This document shows positions 63,266 through 64,000 of a stretch of DNA of 64,000 nt, piece by piece (within the stretch, counting starts at the first letter, position 1; each line of letters opens with the position of its first letter). The notes beneath the pieces are model-generated. The model saw only the letters and a list, made by a program, of their open reading frames with translations, had not been told where the DNA came from and ran no database searches. The stretch is from assembly GCF_963853765.1 (NCBI RefSeq), contig NC_088859.1:51522001-51586000 (forward strand), written 5' to 3'. A program made the position numbers and the translations under genes. This stretch comes from Magallana gigas (Eukaryota).

Positions 63266-63908
63266 AAACAAGATATCTGTGAGCCAATGCTCACTAGTGA
63301 TACCCCCGCTCTGATGTGAATATGCAAAATAAGCAAAGTCGACATTTAACAGAAAGCTGGCATCCGATTGGTACAGAAATATACCCCACAATATGGCATG
63401 CCTAAACAAATAGTGTGTTAAAATTCAAAGCATCTGCGATAAATAGCTGCTGAGAAACCTTTGAGGAAAATTTGTTTGAAAATTTTGGGTAAAATAAACA
63501 AAGTACTCATTTAACAGGAAGTTGACGTCCGATTGGTACAAAAATATATCCCACGATATGGCATGCCTTAACAAACACTGTGTAAATATTTCAAGCATCT
63601 GCAATAAATAGATGCTGAGAATCTTTGACGGAAATTTGTTTGAAAATGTTGGCTCAAAATAAACAAAGTCGTCATTTAACAGGAAGTTGATGTCTGATTG
63701 GTACAAAAATATATCCCACGATATGGCATGCCTATACAAATATTGTGTAAAAATTTCATGCATCTGCGATAAATAGTTGCTGAGAAATTTTTGATGAAAA
63801 TTTGTTTGAAAATTTTGGTTAAAAAATAAGCAAAGTCGACATTTAACAGACAGACACACAAGGGTAAAACAGTATACCCCCTCTCCTTCGGAGCGGGGGT
63901 ATAACAAA
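63266..63908 (+). mobile_element. HINE-like element with an internal ~165-bp tandem array (~3 copies)
   Basis: Starts aaacaag. Perfect 12-bp sub-terminal inverted repeat atacccccgctc (63300-63311) / gagcgggggtat (63891-63902), a gacagacagac microsatellite and a 3' hairpin tatacccc...gggggtata. gattggtaca recurs at ~165-bp spacing. Confidence 0.8.
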
Positions 63909-64000
63909 TATAAAAGCGGTGATATTTCTGGCTGGAATGCCATTATAGGTTTGGGAGCGAAATCTGGATTCAGGCAAATAGGGTAGAGTCCAGAAACGGA

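Noticed and set aside
63425-63943. 172-aa ORF with internal repeats
   Set aside because: Arises from the 165-bp tandem array of the HINE-like element.

Overview
AT-rich, intron-containing animal genomic DNA. The repeat landscape suggests a bivalve, probably an oyster (inference). All recognisable genes are on the minus strand. Left half (~0.6-31.5 kb): four tandem multi-exon paralogs (A-D), whose exon chains I reconstructed with consistent GT-AG sites and phases. Each encodes a KY/hillarin/LTD-1-type transglutaminase-like domain lacking the catalytic Cys and His, then four G-x-Y beta-repeat modules, a variable low-complexity linker and helical hairpins. The C-terminal domain aligns by eye with the dynein heavy chain stalk microtubule-binding domain (MTBD). 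Three of the four start with a short Met-Gly exon resembling an N-myristoylation signal. Right half: four single-coding-exon class A GPCRs (one with two in-frame TGA codons) and a single-coding-exon RING/B-box/beta-propeller TRIM-like gene. Non-coding DNA holds many non-autonomous elements: a V-type SINE, mariner-like and TTAA-type MITEs, two Helentron-associated (HINE-like) elements, long hairpin elements and minisatellites. The most notable signal is the predicted lipid-anchored pseudo-transglutaminase fused to a dynein-MTBD-like domain. Domain assignments are by eye from remembered family motifs; no database search was run.
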